Origin: the human T2T-CHM13v2.0 reference genome, Homo sapiens
DNA: 64,000 bases
Strand: one strand, 5' to 3'
NCBI RefSeq assembly: GCF_009914755.1
Contig: NC_060931.1
Shown here: one piece after another, positions 1 through 15,144 of the stretch
Position numbering within the stretch: the first letter of the stretch is position 1
Layout of the letters: each line of letters starts with the position of its first letter
The notes under the pieces: generated by a model
What the model was told of the DNA's origin: nothing
Seen by the model: the letters and a program-made list of their open reading frames with translations, nothing else
The model's database searches: none
Made by a program: the position numbers and the translations under genes

Positions 1-40
1 TCTGTCTCAAAAAAAAAAAAAAAGAAAGAAAGAAAGAAAA
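1..40 (+). mobile_element. Alu 3' end and A-rich tail (cut by window edge)
   Basis: tctgtctc followed by poly-A/(GAAA)n. Confidence 0.85.
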
Positions 41-490
41 AGTCTTGGAGCATCAGAAGGGAGAAGGAACAATGAGGAGGGCAGAGATCTGGGTCACATA
101 CAATAGACTGTCCTTCCCCTCCTGAGCTTTATAATCATATTTGATGATTGGAACAAAAATTATGAAACCATCCAATACTCAAGACCAAGATATTTAAAAG
201 TGGGAAAGAGAAAAAGACCAAAATTGCAATGAGGTCTTACTAGGAGATTATAATAAATTACATACGTGTATTGTAATACCCAGGGCAACCACAACAAAAA
301 CTAGACAGAGAGATGCACTGAAAAACACTACAAAAAAATGAAGATGACAGATTCTGCAGCTCTTCCAAACAATCAGTAGATCTGCCTGTACTGACATGGG
401 AAGATGTCCAAGACACTCGGTAGTAAAATAAAAACAAGCTTCAGGACAATATACATATAATCCTTTTTAAGTAAAAATCACATCTGTGTT
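41..490 (+). mobile_element. Old L1 (L1M) fragments
   Basis: A-rich decayed sequence with L1M-like motifs (gtattgtaatacccagggcaaccac; gacatgggaagatgtccaagac). Confidence 0.55.
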
Positions 491-671
491 ATCTGTGTCA
501 GCTCAGGTCCTCCGAGAAACAGGCTGCAATGTGGAATTACATGGGATTCGATGCGCAAGACATTTATTGCAGAAAATGCCTGCAAGGAAAAATGGCGGGG
601 TGGAGGGGTGCTGAGGAAGCTGGGGGTATGGACAGTCCCTATGGAGGAGTGAGAGGAAGGATGGTTGGGTC

Positions 672-1132
672 ATAAAGTGGGCTGGATATTGTCCCTCCAA
701 AAAGATGTATCCAAATCCTAATCCCTGGTACCCATGCATATGACTTTATTTGGAAATAGGTTATTTGCAGATGCAATTAAATTAAGAATCTCAAGATGGG
801 ATCATCCTGGATTTGGGGTGGACCCTAAGGTCGATGACTGGTGTCCTTATAAGAGGAAGGAGAGGGAGATTTAAGACACACAGACACAAAGGGGCAAAGC
901 CATATGAAGATGGAGGTGGAGGAGCCAAGAAACTCCAAGAATGGAGGACAGCTGCCAGAGGCTGGAGATAGGCACAGAACAGATTTTCCCTGAAAGCCTC
1001 CAGAGGGAACCAATCCCGCCCACAACTTGATTTCAGATTTCTGGCCTCCTAACTGTGGGATGATACATTTCTGTTGTTTGAAGCCACTCAGTTTGTGGTC
1101 ATGTGTTTCAGCACCTATAAGAAACTAATACA
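672..1132 (+). mobile_element. MLT1C-like MaLR solo LTR
   Basis: gactttatttggaaataggttatttgcagatg, gactggtgtccttataag, ends gaaactaataca. Confidence 0.85.
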
Positions 1133-1148
1133 AGTAGGAGAAATCTTA

Positions 1149-1457
<309 letters not shown>

Positions 1458-1771
1458 CTAAGAAAGTTTTGCCAAAGCAGATGGGGTGTCCTCGGCAAAG
1501 TTATTCATCAGAGGAGTCCTGCATGGTCCAGGAACGGGCCTCACCCAGTGTCCCCGGCACACTCCATCACGGGCTGGGAGCAGCCTGCAAGACATATGGC
1601 CTTGGCGTGAACTTGGTGATGAATTTCAGAACAGGCAGCTGGGGCTGTGGGCCAGTCACCCTCTCTGCAGTGGGAAGTCTAACAGGCATGTGTTCATGGC
1701 CACCCTGGTGTGGATACAGACTGCTGACCCTGAAAAAGAATCCAGTTGCCTTGGCAGAGATATTTTTGTAA

Positions 1772-2147
<376 letters not shown>

Positions 2148-2754
2148 CTTCTCAATTTGTTCTAAAATCCTAGGTTTTTCATGCACAGGGTTTATCTGCA
2201 TGGGGCCTCTATCGCCATGATGGCTGGTCCTGCTTTGGCGACCTCTGTGTTCAACCCAGGGCACCACCAGTAAGTAATCCTATGCAGAGTCTCTGATCAT
2301 ATCATTCAGGTTTCCTTTAGGTGACTTGACATATGCTATGTGCAAGTGTGAGGGTAGCCGGCACATGCTTGCCCGGCCTCCCCAACATCTTCCCCTTTCT
2401 CTCAACAATGACCTTGGGGGATCTGCACACAGACATGACCCTGACACAGATGAGTGCCCTTCCACCCTCTTAAAGTGCTCTTGCTTTGCAGAAACAGATT
2501 GCACTCTGTCTCCAGTGAGGAGGAGAGGAAGTGGCAAATGTCAGGTCCAAGCTCAAAAGTCTCCGAGATGGATCAGTGATCGCCGCACCTCTGAGATGGA
2601 TCAGGGATGAACCTAGGACCCCACACAGGCCCTTGAGGTGTGAGGCAGGATCTGCCAGGTGCTGCGATTTTTAAGGATATTCTGAAATTCTTTCCCTCTG
2701 TCTCTCTGTTCACCGGCATTGACCTCACTCAGATGTGGATGTTTCAAACTCATT

Positions 2755-3330
<576 letters not shown>

Positions 3331-3349
3331 GCGGGAAGAAAAAAGCACA

Positions 3350-3960
3350 TGCAGCAGGTGGGTTCTCTGGATGCAGGTGCTAATATGGAGTCTGGGGAAC
3401 AAGGGACTCATTAGGAAGCAACAGCTGTGAAAAGGAGGAGGAGAAAGCAGGGCTGAGCTGAAGGAAAAGAGGAGCTGTAACCACAGGCCCAACAAAGCTT
3501 CGGCTGACCTGGAGGGACCCTGGAGAGAGGATGGCCTGTCAGAGTGCACCATAGCCAGACCTCTCTAGCCTGGTTCAATCACCAGATGCAGGAAGTTTGA
3601 AGTGTATGACCTTGGGAAGGCATAGGACTTTACCCTGGATTGAGAACATCCGGTCAAAATCAGCCTTGGAGCTCTCACTCAGTGTGTGGGAACAAAAATC
3701 ATCTCACTCCTCTTCTGGACTTTGTGGGTACTGGTGTAGGGCCTGGAGCAGCTGCAGCCATACGAGGGGAACAGATTGAGGCAAACAATTCCCCACTCCC
3801 ACCACCAACTCCCACCAAACCCAACCCACCTGCTACACATACCAGGTACAAATGCCAGAAAACCCACTGCCAACTGGTACAAGCAGGAAGGAGGATTTCT
3901 TGACTTACGAATCTGGAAGTACTAAAAGCAGGTTGATACCAGGATGGGTTTGACTCTGCA
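3350..3960 (-). mobile_element. Decayed ERVL/MaLR LTR fragments (LTR16- and MLT1-like)
   Basis: Weak similarity to recalled consensus motifs. Confidence 0.35.
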
Positions 3961-3979
3961 ACTTAATAATATGTATATA

Positions 3980-4528
3980 GTTATCTATCTATCATCTATG
4001 TATCTATCTTCTATCTATCATCTATCTATCATTATCACCTATCTATCATCTATCTGTCTATCATCTATCATCTATCCATTTATCACCTATCACCTGTTTA
4101 TCATCTATCATCTATCACCTATCTATCATTTATCATCTATTGATCTATCCATCATCTATCTATCACCTATCTATCATCTATCTATGATCTATCTATGATC
4201 TATCTATCTATGATCTATCTATCATCTATCTATCTTCTATCTATCATCTATCTATCACCTATCTATCATATATCTATCTATCTATCATCTGTCATCTGTC
4301 TGTCACCTATCTATTACTTATCATCTATCTATTTATCTATCACCAATCTATCATCTATTATCTATCTATCATCTATCTATCTCTATCATCTGTCACCTAT
4401 CTATCATCTATTAATCTATCAATCATTCAGTCAACTATCTATCATCTGTCTGTTTATCTGTCATCTATCTACCTATCATCTATCTATCTATGTATCTATG
4501 TATGTATGTATCTATCTATCTATCTATC
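3980..4528. repeat. Complex (TCTA/TCA)n microsatellite
   Basis: ~550 bp of tatc/atc units, directly visible. Confidence 0.97.
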
Positions 4529-4901
4529 TGATACAGTTTGGATTTGTGTCCCCGCCCAAATCTCATGTTGAATTGTAATCCCCAGTGTCTGGGAGGGGAC
4601 TGGTGGGAGGTGATTGGATCATGGGGGTGGATTTCTCCCTTGCTGTTCTCATCATAGTGAGTTCTCAGGAGATCTGGTTGTTTAAAAGTGTATAGCACCT
4701 CCCCCTTCTCTCTCTTCCTCCTGCTCTGGCCATGTAAGACGTGCCTGCTTCCCCTTCTGCCATGATTCAAAGTTTCCTGAGGCCTCCTCAGCCATACTTC
4801 CTGTACAGCCTGCAGAACCATGAGCCAATTAAACCTCATTTCTTTATAAATTACCCACTCTCAGATAGTTCTGTATAGCAGTGTGAGAATGGACTAACAC
4901 A
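4529..4901 (+). mobile_element. MSTA-like MaLR solo LTR
   Basis: tgatacagtttggatttgtgtcccc...gagccaattaaacctc...ggactaacaca; TATC-type sequence resumes after it. Confidence 0.92.
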
Positions 4902-5089
4902 CTACCTACCTATCGATCTATCATCTTAGTAACATAGATACTAAAATGTGTAGAAAGTCACATGATGATTGTATTAGTCACATGGTGACTGTATCAGAGA
5001 AACGGAACTAATACAATATATATAGGTAGAAAGAATCACAAGTGCCAGGACCCGGGGGTGGGACATTCTCAGAGTAACTCAGGGTAGGA

Positions 5090-5880
5090 AAGGTCCATGA
5101 GGCAGGATAATCCAAGGTAACATGGTGAGACATGAGACAAGACAGGTCTTGGAGCTGCAGCTTCTGAGGCCTGGATGTCCTGGGTCAGGACTCAGATTTC
5201 ACTCCAGGCTTGTGGAGAGCCTCTGGAGGATTGGTCAAGACAATGATCATCTGACTCAGGTTGTAACAGCAGCATCCTGGCTGCTGTGAGAAGAGAGTGT
5301 AGAGGCCCTGGAAGAAAGCAAGGAGGCCTAGGAGCCTATTCTAGTAATTCAGGAGGGAAACAGTGGGGGCTGAGTCCAGGGTGCTGGCAGTGGAGGTGGT
5401 GAGAAGGGGTTGGATTCTGGGTTTGTTCTGAAAGTGGAACTGACAGGGGTTCCCGGCAGATTGGCCGTGGGTGCAAGAGGAGGAGAGGTATGAGAATGAC
5501 TCAGGGTTTGGGCCAGAGCCCGGGGGACGGCAATGCCATTTGCTGAGTTGGAGCACCAGGGAAAGGGAGTCTGAGGGACATATTGTTGTGTTTAGACGTT
5601 GGAGCTGTAGGTGTCTGTGAACACCAGGTGGAGGTGTGCACAGGTGTGCACATCAGCCTGGAGTTGGGAGAGCGGTCAGATATGGGGACAAGAACATGTC
5701 AGGGCCCAGGCATGGAAGTTGAATTTAAGCCATAAAGTCACCCAGGGAGCAGAGGGCAGGGTGCCAGGCCTGGACACTCCTGGGTTAGGGGTCAGGAGAG
5801 GAGCAGGAACCATGCAAGTGTGGCAGGTGACAGGGGGTCAGTGCAAAATAGAGTCCTGGAAAACAAGCTTCAGGAGCATT
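5090..5880 (-). mobile_element. L2 (LINE2) fragment
   Basis: Minus-strand translation FHFQNKPRIQPLLTTSTASTL...SLLNY resembles the L2 ORF2 C-terminus. Confidence 0.8.
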
Positions 5881-5944
5881 TCAGCAAGCAGGCAGATCTG
5901 ATGCCACCAGCCAGCACCCGATTGTGTATCTCACACAGCTATAA

Positions 5945-6603
5945 AGTCCATTCTCACATTGCTATAAAGAACTACCTGATACTAGGTAATTTATAAAGCA
6001 AAGAGGGCTCACAGTTCTGCAGGCTGTACAGGAAGCATGGCTGGGGAGATCTCAGGAAACTTACAGTCATGGTAGAAGGGGAAGCAGGCACGTCTTACAT
6101 GGCCAGAGCAGGAGGAAGAGAGAGAAGGGGGAGGTGCTACACACTTTTCAACAACCAGATCTCCTGAGAACTCACTATGATGAGAACAGCGGATGGGCAA
6201 GGCGGCTCACACCTGTATCCCAGCACTCTGGGAGGCTGAGGCAGGTGGATCACTTGAGGTCAGGAGTTCAACATCAGCCTGGCCCACATGGTGAAACCCT
6301 GTCTCTACTAAAAATACAAAAATTAGCTGAGTGTGGTGGCGGGAACCTGTAATCCCAGCTACTTGGGAGGGTGAGGCAAGAGAATCGCTTGAATCCAGGA
6401 GGCAGTGGTTGCGGTGAGCTGAGATGGCGCCACTGCACTCCAACCCGGGCGACAGAGCAAGACTCTGTTTCAAAAAGAAAGAGAATAGCAGGAGAGAAAT
6501 CCACCTCCATGATCCAATCACCTCTCACCAGTCCCCTCCCCTGACACTGGGGACTACAATTCAAGATGATATTTGGGAAGGGACACAAATCCAAAACCAT
6601 ATC

Positions 6604-6604
<1 letters not shown>
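5945..6604 (-). mobile_element. MSTA-like LTR interrupted by an AluS
   Basis: gtccattctcacattgctataaag...caaatccaaaaccatatca. Confidence 0.92.
6191..6480 (+). mobile_element. AluS
   Basis: Full Alu; TSD gagaacagc/gagaatagc. Confidence 0.95.
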
Positions 6605-6658
<54 letters not shown>

Positions 6659-6930
6659 CAGACACACGGATAGGTAGGTAGATAGATAATGGATTGATAG
6701 ATGGATGGATGGATAGACGAATAGATAGATGGATAGATAGATGAATAGATAGATGGACAGATAGATAGATGATGGATAGATAGACGGATGGACAGATAGA
6801 CGGACGGACAGATAGAAGATGGATAGATAGGTCGATGGATGGATAGATAGATGATGAATAGATAGATGAGTGGACGGATAGATAGGCAGATGATGAATAG
6901 ATAGGTGGATGGATGGATAGATGATAGACA

Positions 6931-6979
<49 letters not shown>

Positions 6980-6980
6980 C
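6605..6980. repeat. (GATA)n/(GGAT)n complex microsatellite
   Basis: Pure GATA runs at both ends, degenerate core. Confidence 0.97.
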
Positions 6981-6984
6981 AGTG

Positions 6985-7422
6985 CAGTGTGTGGAATAGT
7001 GTCCTTCAAATTCACGTCCACCTGGAGCTGCAGCATGAGCCCTTACCTGGAGATGGGGCATTTGCAGATGTAATTAATTAAGATGAGCTCACACTGGATT
7101 AGGATCATTAGCCCTTATCCAATGACTGGTGTCCCTGTAAAAAGAGGACGGGACACACAGAGAGACATAGACGGGAGGCCCCATGTGAAGACCGAGGCAG
7201 AGATGGGAGCCACGTATCTGCAAGCCAGGGATGGCCTGGGGCCACCAGAAGCTGGAAGAGGCAAGGAAGGGGCCTCCCCTGGGGCCTTCAGAGGGAGCGC
7301 GGCCCCACTGACATCACAATATCAGACTTCTGGCCTCCAGCACTGTGAGAGGACACATTCGTGGTGTTTTAAGCCATCTGACTTGCAGTACTCTGTCCCA
7401 GCCGCCCTAGCAAATGAACACA
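6985..7422 (+). mobile_element. MLT1C-like MaLR LTR
   Basis: aaattcacgtccacctggag...tttgcagatgtaattaattaagatgag...ccctagcaaatgaacaca. Confidence 0.85.
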
Positions 7423-7424
7423 GA

Positions 7425-7900
7425 CGGCTACTTAAGAGTCCCTCTCCGGTTACCCAGCCCACCCTAGAGGCCACTTTTAGCCAGAGTGTTGGGGCCTTGA
7501 CCCCACACTGCCTCGTCCCCTCTGTCCTCGCCCCGACCCTGACGCATCAGAGCCGGGACACTGGTGACTTTCCTGGGGAAATCTCTAGATGTGACCTCTA
7601 TGGCCGGGGACAGGGGACTGGGTTTGAGTCTTGAGTCCTTTCCAGCAAGCGCCTTCCCGCTTGGAGCCTTGTTTCCTTCCTGGATAAATGGGCGGGGAAG
7701 CATCACGGAGGTGTGCGGGTTTAATCGGCACATGCGCTGCTGCCTGCAGGCCAAGCTCAGGATAAGCTCTTGCAGTAAATAGCAACGTTTATGTCCCTCG
7801 ACTCCTGGCTCAGAGACGCGACCCAGGTGGGAACTTGATTCGTGAAACCCATCAGGGAGGAAGAGTCCCGACCTATGCATTGAAGGACGGGGTGGACAGA
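7425..7900. promoter_or_regulatory. CpG-retaining candidate enhancer/promoter-like element
   Basis: About 20 CpGs by eye in ~450 bp; GGGGAAATCTC (NF-kB-like), TGACGCA, GGGCGGGG, GCACATGCGC (NRF1-like). Confidence 0.4.
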
Positions 7901-8038
7901 AAGAAGGAACAGCAGTTAGAAGAGCATTGGCGGGTCCTGTAGCATCTGAGTCCCTGCTTGGACCAGCTTTCTGGGAGTAGGTGTCTGTGGGCTGCAGCCC
8001 AGCTTTGAGCACCCGAGGACGTAACACCTTACCACTCT

Positions 8039-8529
8039 TAGGGTTGACAGATAAAATACAGGATGCCCAGAAATATCTGAATTTCAGATACACAGCAAAT
8101 TATTTTTTAGTAGAAGTATATTCCAAATATTACATAGGATAGACTTATACTGTAAACTATTTGTTTATCCAAATTCAAATTTTTAAAAATCTTTTCGAAA
8201 CTAGGTCTCATTCTGTTGCCCAGGCTGGAGTGCAGTGGCACGTTCACAGCTTACTGCTGTCTGGAGCTCCTGGGCTCCTCCCGCCTCAGCCTTCCCAGTA
8301 GCTGGAACTACAGTTGCGCACCACCACACCTGGCTAATTCGTTTTTTTAAGTGGAAATGGGGGTCTCACTATATTGGGCAAGCTGGTTTCGAACTCCTGG
8401 GCTCAAGCGATTCTCCAGCCGCAGCCTTCCAAAGTGCTGGGAATACAGGCATGAGTCACTACGCCTGGCCCTGGATTCAGATTTAACTGGGTATCTTGTA
8501 TTTTTATTTGCAGAATCTGGCAACCATAC
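8039..8529. mobile_element. MER53 (hAT MITE) split by an AluJ
   Basis: TIR-like ends tagggttgacagata ... atctggcaaccata; MER53 body aaatacaggatgcccag...gaatttcagata. Confidence 0.85.
8185..8471 (-). mobile_element. AluJ
   Basis: Diverged Alu with J-type features (gggctcaagcgat). Confidence 0.9.
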
Positions 8530-9102
8530 CCGCCCCTTAGCTGGCCCCCCTCCACTGATGACTAATGGCCAGGTGTAAGACAGTCTTCCGAAGGGGCCGT
8601 AAGACCACCATGGGCTCAAGATAGACATTGAGTCCTGCCCTCGCCCACCTCCTCCTCTCTCCACCTCCACATCTTGGTTTCTTGTCCTCCGTGTGCAAAA
8701 TGTGCTTTCCTGCCCCACCTACGTCTCCACATATGAAGAATCAATAACAATTTTAGAGAGAAAATACAGTTGTCATGGAAAAAAAATGGAGTGAATTCAG
8801 AGTTCATTAGGCAAGTTAATCAAATTGTCCAGCCGTGTCTTGCTATTTCTGGGAACCATCTGGCCCGCCTGATCGATGTGATTCCAGGTGGGAAGTGTTT
8901 GGGAGTGAGGGTAACCGTGACTTCTCTGAGGTCACAGCACGGAGATGCCAGGTAACCGGATGGGAGGGCTTGGCATGTCCCTGGGAGGCACTGGGAATGC
9001 ATTGTCCCATGCCTGGGCAGGGGCAGCTTTGGCTGGGACCCTCCATTGGCACACACACCCCCCTTTCTCTTAGAGCTGCACATACATAGAAAGAGGAACC
9101 AA

Positions 9103-9430
<328 letters not shown>

Positions 9431-9685
9431 AGGAACCAAGAAGCCGCCACTGGCTGAGCAAGGCCTGCTCTTTCACCAGTATTTCTAGGGCTCAGTATTT
9501 CTGGGGCTTATGCTCTGTGCCTGCTGCCGTTCCAGGTGACAGTTAATACAGATGAGTCCCTCAGCCTCCCAGGGCTCATATTTCAGCCAGAGAGAGACAA
9601 TCAGCAAAGAAACAAGGACTTGCAGGAAGACCACCTTCTCCAGTTGCAGGTGGAGCCACGGGACCTGCCCAAGCTGGGCCTACTC

Positions 9686-10524
<839 letters not shown>

Positions 10525-10742
10525 GACGACTGCCGGCCCTCAGCCTCCACTGACCCCCAGGCTTCTTGGAAGCCCAACCCCCTCATTTGTAGGGGTGAGT
10601 GATACGGGTCTCAGTCTCCGTGGATGCCAGTGCTAAGTAAATCCAGAACTTGCTCAACTGGCACGGCAGAGGCCCATGCTTTCTGGAGCACTTGACCCCA
10701 GAGTCAGAAAGCAGGCTCACATTCAGAGTCAAAAAGCAGGAG

Positions 10743-10780
10743 ACAGAGTGAGACCCCGTCTCAAAAAAAAAAAAAAAAAA
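10743..10780 (+). mobile_element. Alu 3'-terminal remnant
   Basis: acagagtgagaccccgtctc plus poly-A only. Confidence 0.8.
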
Positions 10781-10929
10781 GGTAATTTCATTTTAAAAAG
10801 AAAGTCTCCTAACAAATTTATAATATAGATTTCATGATTCTTTTGTTGGCACTTTCAACAATGTTGGCAACAGCGTTCAAGCTGTCAGGGACTTTTGAGA
10901 TTACACAGTAGACATAGTTAGGGGTGCTA

Positions 10930-11715
<786 letters not shown>

Positions 11716-12324
11716 ACTCCTTCACTTCAGCTTTTTCCACAGAGGAGGGACTTGAGACTCCCAAGGGAGAGCAATGTGCCCGAGGTCTCCCAGCTGATCT
11801 GTGGCTCCCAGGCCAGTGCTGCCCGTGAGTCCTGCAGCCTGTGAGGACAGCTCCAGGGACGAAAACACAAGTGTCCCCTAGGGCTCCCACCAGTGAAGCA
11901 TCCCCTGAGCCTCTCACATGCACGGGACAACTTCATGCTTGTCCTTCTCACCCTCAAGATGGTGCCACTCTTGGCTTGACGCTTGGGCTCCTTTGGGGGA
12001 GAGAAGGCTACCACTGGGTGACAATGTCACACACTGCTCCCCCAAGGCCCTGGCTACAGCCTGAGCTCTCTGGGTGGCCTGGGACAGCATAGTCTGGGAG
12101 GACATCTGGCATAGCCCCTTTCTGCCCTGGCCCCTGCACTGCTCCTCAGGTGGGGTGGCAGCTTGGGAGCGGAGGTGAGGAGCAGCAGACCACATGGGTG
12201 ACTCACAGTCCCCCAGGAAACAGGTGCACCCTCACTCCAGAAGGGGCGAGGGAGGCAGGGGGACAAGGGTTGAAAAACTAACTATTGGGTACTATGTTCA
12301 CTATTCGGGTGATGGTTTCACTAG

Positions 12325-13146
12325 AGGCTGGGATTTTTGCAGAGACTGTTTAAGGAGGGGCGGGGGTTATTTGCAGAGGTGAGGGACAGATAGAGAAATC
12401 AATCAGTATGGGACAGTTCTCTGGGTGGGCTTGGATGGTCTCAGTTCTCCCCCCGACCTCTTTCCCACTCAGAATGCAGGAAAGACAGCTGAAACAAGGA
12501 GGAACCAGCTAGCACAGCCCAGCCTCTGTTCCAACCCCCAGCCCCTAGAAAGAGGTTGTCCTTCAATGCTTTTTTTATATTATTATTATACTTTAAGTAC
12601 CGGGATACATGTGCAGAATGCGTAGGTTTGTTACATAGGTATACACGTGCCATGGTGGTTTGCTGCACGCATCAACCCATCATCTACATTAGGTATTTCT
12701 CCTAATGTTATCCCTCCCCTAGCCCCCCACCCCCCAACAGGCCCCAGTGTGTGATGTTCCCCTCCCTGTGTCCATGTGTTCTCATTGTTCACCTCCTACT
12801 TATGAGTGAGAACATGCGGTGTTTGGTTTTCTGTTCCTGTGTCAGTTTCTTCAATGCTTTTGTCCAGTGCGCCATGTTTCTCCAGGGCATAAAACCCTAG
12901 ATGGGCTGATTTTCAGTGTCCCTCAACTTCAGTGCAAGTGGAGCACATGCATTTGAGACTCCATCTGCCCCAGAGAACTTTCCTGAGCCCTGGAGTACAG
13001 GCTGTCTATGAATCCTAGGCTTCTGTCATCCCTTGCTGTCTATCTGCAAGGAATAAACCCACTTCATGTCACTTCTTGTATGTGGGTGACCTATCTCACC
13101 AAACTCAGACAAGTTGGTAAGCAGCATGCGATGAACCTGCTTCCTA
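12325..13146 (+). mobile_element. MER54/MER74-group ERVL LTR interrupted by an L1
   Basis: gggcataaaaccc (TATA-like), gaatcctaggcttctgt, aataaacccacttcatgt, cagacaagttggtaa...gaacctgcttc. Confidence 0.7.
12571..12848 (-). mobile_element. 5'-truncated L1PA 3' end
   Basis: tatactttaagt...acatgtgcag...gtgagaacatgcggtgtttgg; 13-bp TSD cttcaatgctttt. Confidence 0.95.
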
Positions 13147-13329
13147 CCCAGGGGTAGTGATCTATCCAGACATAAGCAGGATTGGGAAGCTCTAGGCTCG
13201 AATGGAGAAGGACAGGGAAGGTGGTTAGCAGAGCCCAGGGAGTGTTTGGGGCAGCCCAGCAGCAACTGTAGCTTCTAGAACCACAGCAAAACAGAATGGT
13301 GGTGGTGATGGGTTGGGCATTGGCAATGG

Positions 13330-13965
13330 TGAAACCGCGCCTGTCAACTTTATGAAATTAATCAGGGAAGACAAGAGAGGGCAAAGTAAAAATTTACCAA
13401 GTTCGCATCACATTCAGCATTCATCATGAGGTCGGCCTGCTCTCTGACTCACTTTGTTAGTTTCATGCCTATTGTTCTAGAATCATGTAGATCTTGTTAA
13501 AAGATTATAGTTCTCCTTAGTTACTCTGTAGATAACAACTTGAACCTTATGAAATGTTAAGTTTTGCCTTTGAGATATTCCTTCAGGTCCTGCATACTGA
13601 TGAAACTATTGACTTCACTGGTCTCAGGGACCCCGCCAACACAAGCTGGTCTGAAAGATCCCACTGACATCAGTTGGTCCAAAGGTTCCTACAAGAAGCT
13701 GACCCACCAAGGAATGCAGTTTCCATATCCTGATGCCTTCATCTCCCTCGCCCCAATCAATCTACAACCCCAATTCTCCAGCCTCTCACCCTTTATGATT
13801 CCCTTAAAAACCCCAGCCCAGGGAGATGGATTTGAGGGTCTCCTCCCATCTCCTTGCTTGGCGCCCTGCAATCATTAAACTCTCTCTCTGCTGCAAACCC
13901 TGTTGTCTCAGCATAATGAGCCTGTTACTGCATGGTGGGCATACAAACCTGGTGGTCCTATAACA
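13330..13965 (+). mobile_element. Complete LTR26-like ERV1 solo LTR
   Basis: TG...CA ends, perfect 4-bp TSD atgg on both sides, attaaa poly(A)-like signal. Confidence 0.85.
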
Positions 13966-14034
13966 ATGGGGCAGGAATATCCCAACCTCTCTCCTCCAGC
14001 CCTCGGATCCGCCAGTGCCTTCCAATGGAGCCCG

Positions 14035-14415
14035 GGTCTACTAGTTAGCTATTGCCATGATGGCGCTGCTCACAAACAACCCCAATATTTAGTGGCTTAA
14101 AACAACAACCATTTATTCTCAGACTCAGGGGTGCATGGGTCATGGGGGCAGCTTGGCTTCACATAGCTCATATCTGATTCTCTGGCCAGGGTGGGAGCAT
14201 CCTCCTCACACCAATGGCAGACCCAGCTGCACAAGCACATTTCAAGGCCTCTGATGCCTCATGTCCATTCATACCCCATGGGTCATAGCAAGCCACATGG
14301 CCAAGCTCAAAGTCAGTGGGTGGTGAAGTCCCTTCCACCTGCTACCAGGCTGTAGCAAGAGTGTGTATATGTGTTCTACCACAGAGGGGTACAGAACTGT
14401 GACCAATAAGTCAGT
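14035..14415 (-). mobile_element. Old MLT1 LTR fragment
   Basis: ttagtggcttaaaacaacaaccatttatt; agccacatggccaagctcaaagtcagtgggg. Confidence 0.65.
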
Positions 14416-15057
14416 CGCTTATGGGGTGGGGTGAAGCAGCCCACAGATCCAGGCTCCAGAAGCCCAGGGAAGGTAGAGACTGGTGGGGCAAGTGGGCAGG
14501 AAGTAGGGCAGATCCCCTACCTGCTGCCTCCCTGTCTCACCTCCTGCCCAGGTGAGTCTGCACCATCTCCTTCTCCCTGCCCCCAGCACATGCTCTCTAC
14601 CTTAGGACTTGGCATTTGATCCTCCAAGACCCTTGGTCAAACGCCAGGAAGAGTTAACTGGAGCAGTATGCTGAATCACAGTCAGAGAGAGACTTTTTCA
14701 AAGACTTGATAAATAAATTACTGCTCATGTTTAATTCAAAGCCCCCGCTGCCTGCAGAGAACACAGAGAAGAGGCGATCTTTCTATTAAAACAGCTCTGA
14801 GGGGCTTCTCCCCACTCTCCTGGGACCTTCTGGCCTCCCTGCTCTGGCCTGCGTGATCCTGCAGTGCTCCTAGGACAAGCTTAGGATAAAATGCAGACTC
14901 CTGATCCTAGCTGACGTCCCAGCCTCAGCCCCCGGCCATCCTCTTTTCTTATCTCACCATCCAAAAGTCCCTCTACTGGGCCACGTTTCTACGTTTCTAT
15001 CAGAATCCAGTTTTCTTTTCTCCATAGTTCATCATCATTATGATACTTTTGTCTATT

Positions 15058-15077
15058 TCCTTCTTTTCTTTCTTTCT

Positions 15078-15144
<67 letters not shown>

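Noticed and set aside
3944-7061. YLSI-rich ORFs (also HSF-rich at 36103-36737 and KERK/FLS-rich at 40758-41054 and 49518-49986)
   Set aside because: Translations of microsatellites lacking stop codons.
7083-7634. 183-aa ORF
   Set aside because: Mostly a translation of the MLT1C LTR.
7464-8093. Longest ORF (209 aa, minus strand)
   Set aside because: It starts inside MER53, crosses MIR-like sequence and shows no recognisable domain; expected by chance in GC-rich DNA.
8039-8529. MER53 as a miR-1302-type hairpin precursor
   Set aside because: The element is split by an AluJ, so the hairpin is disrupted.
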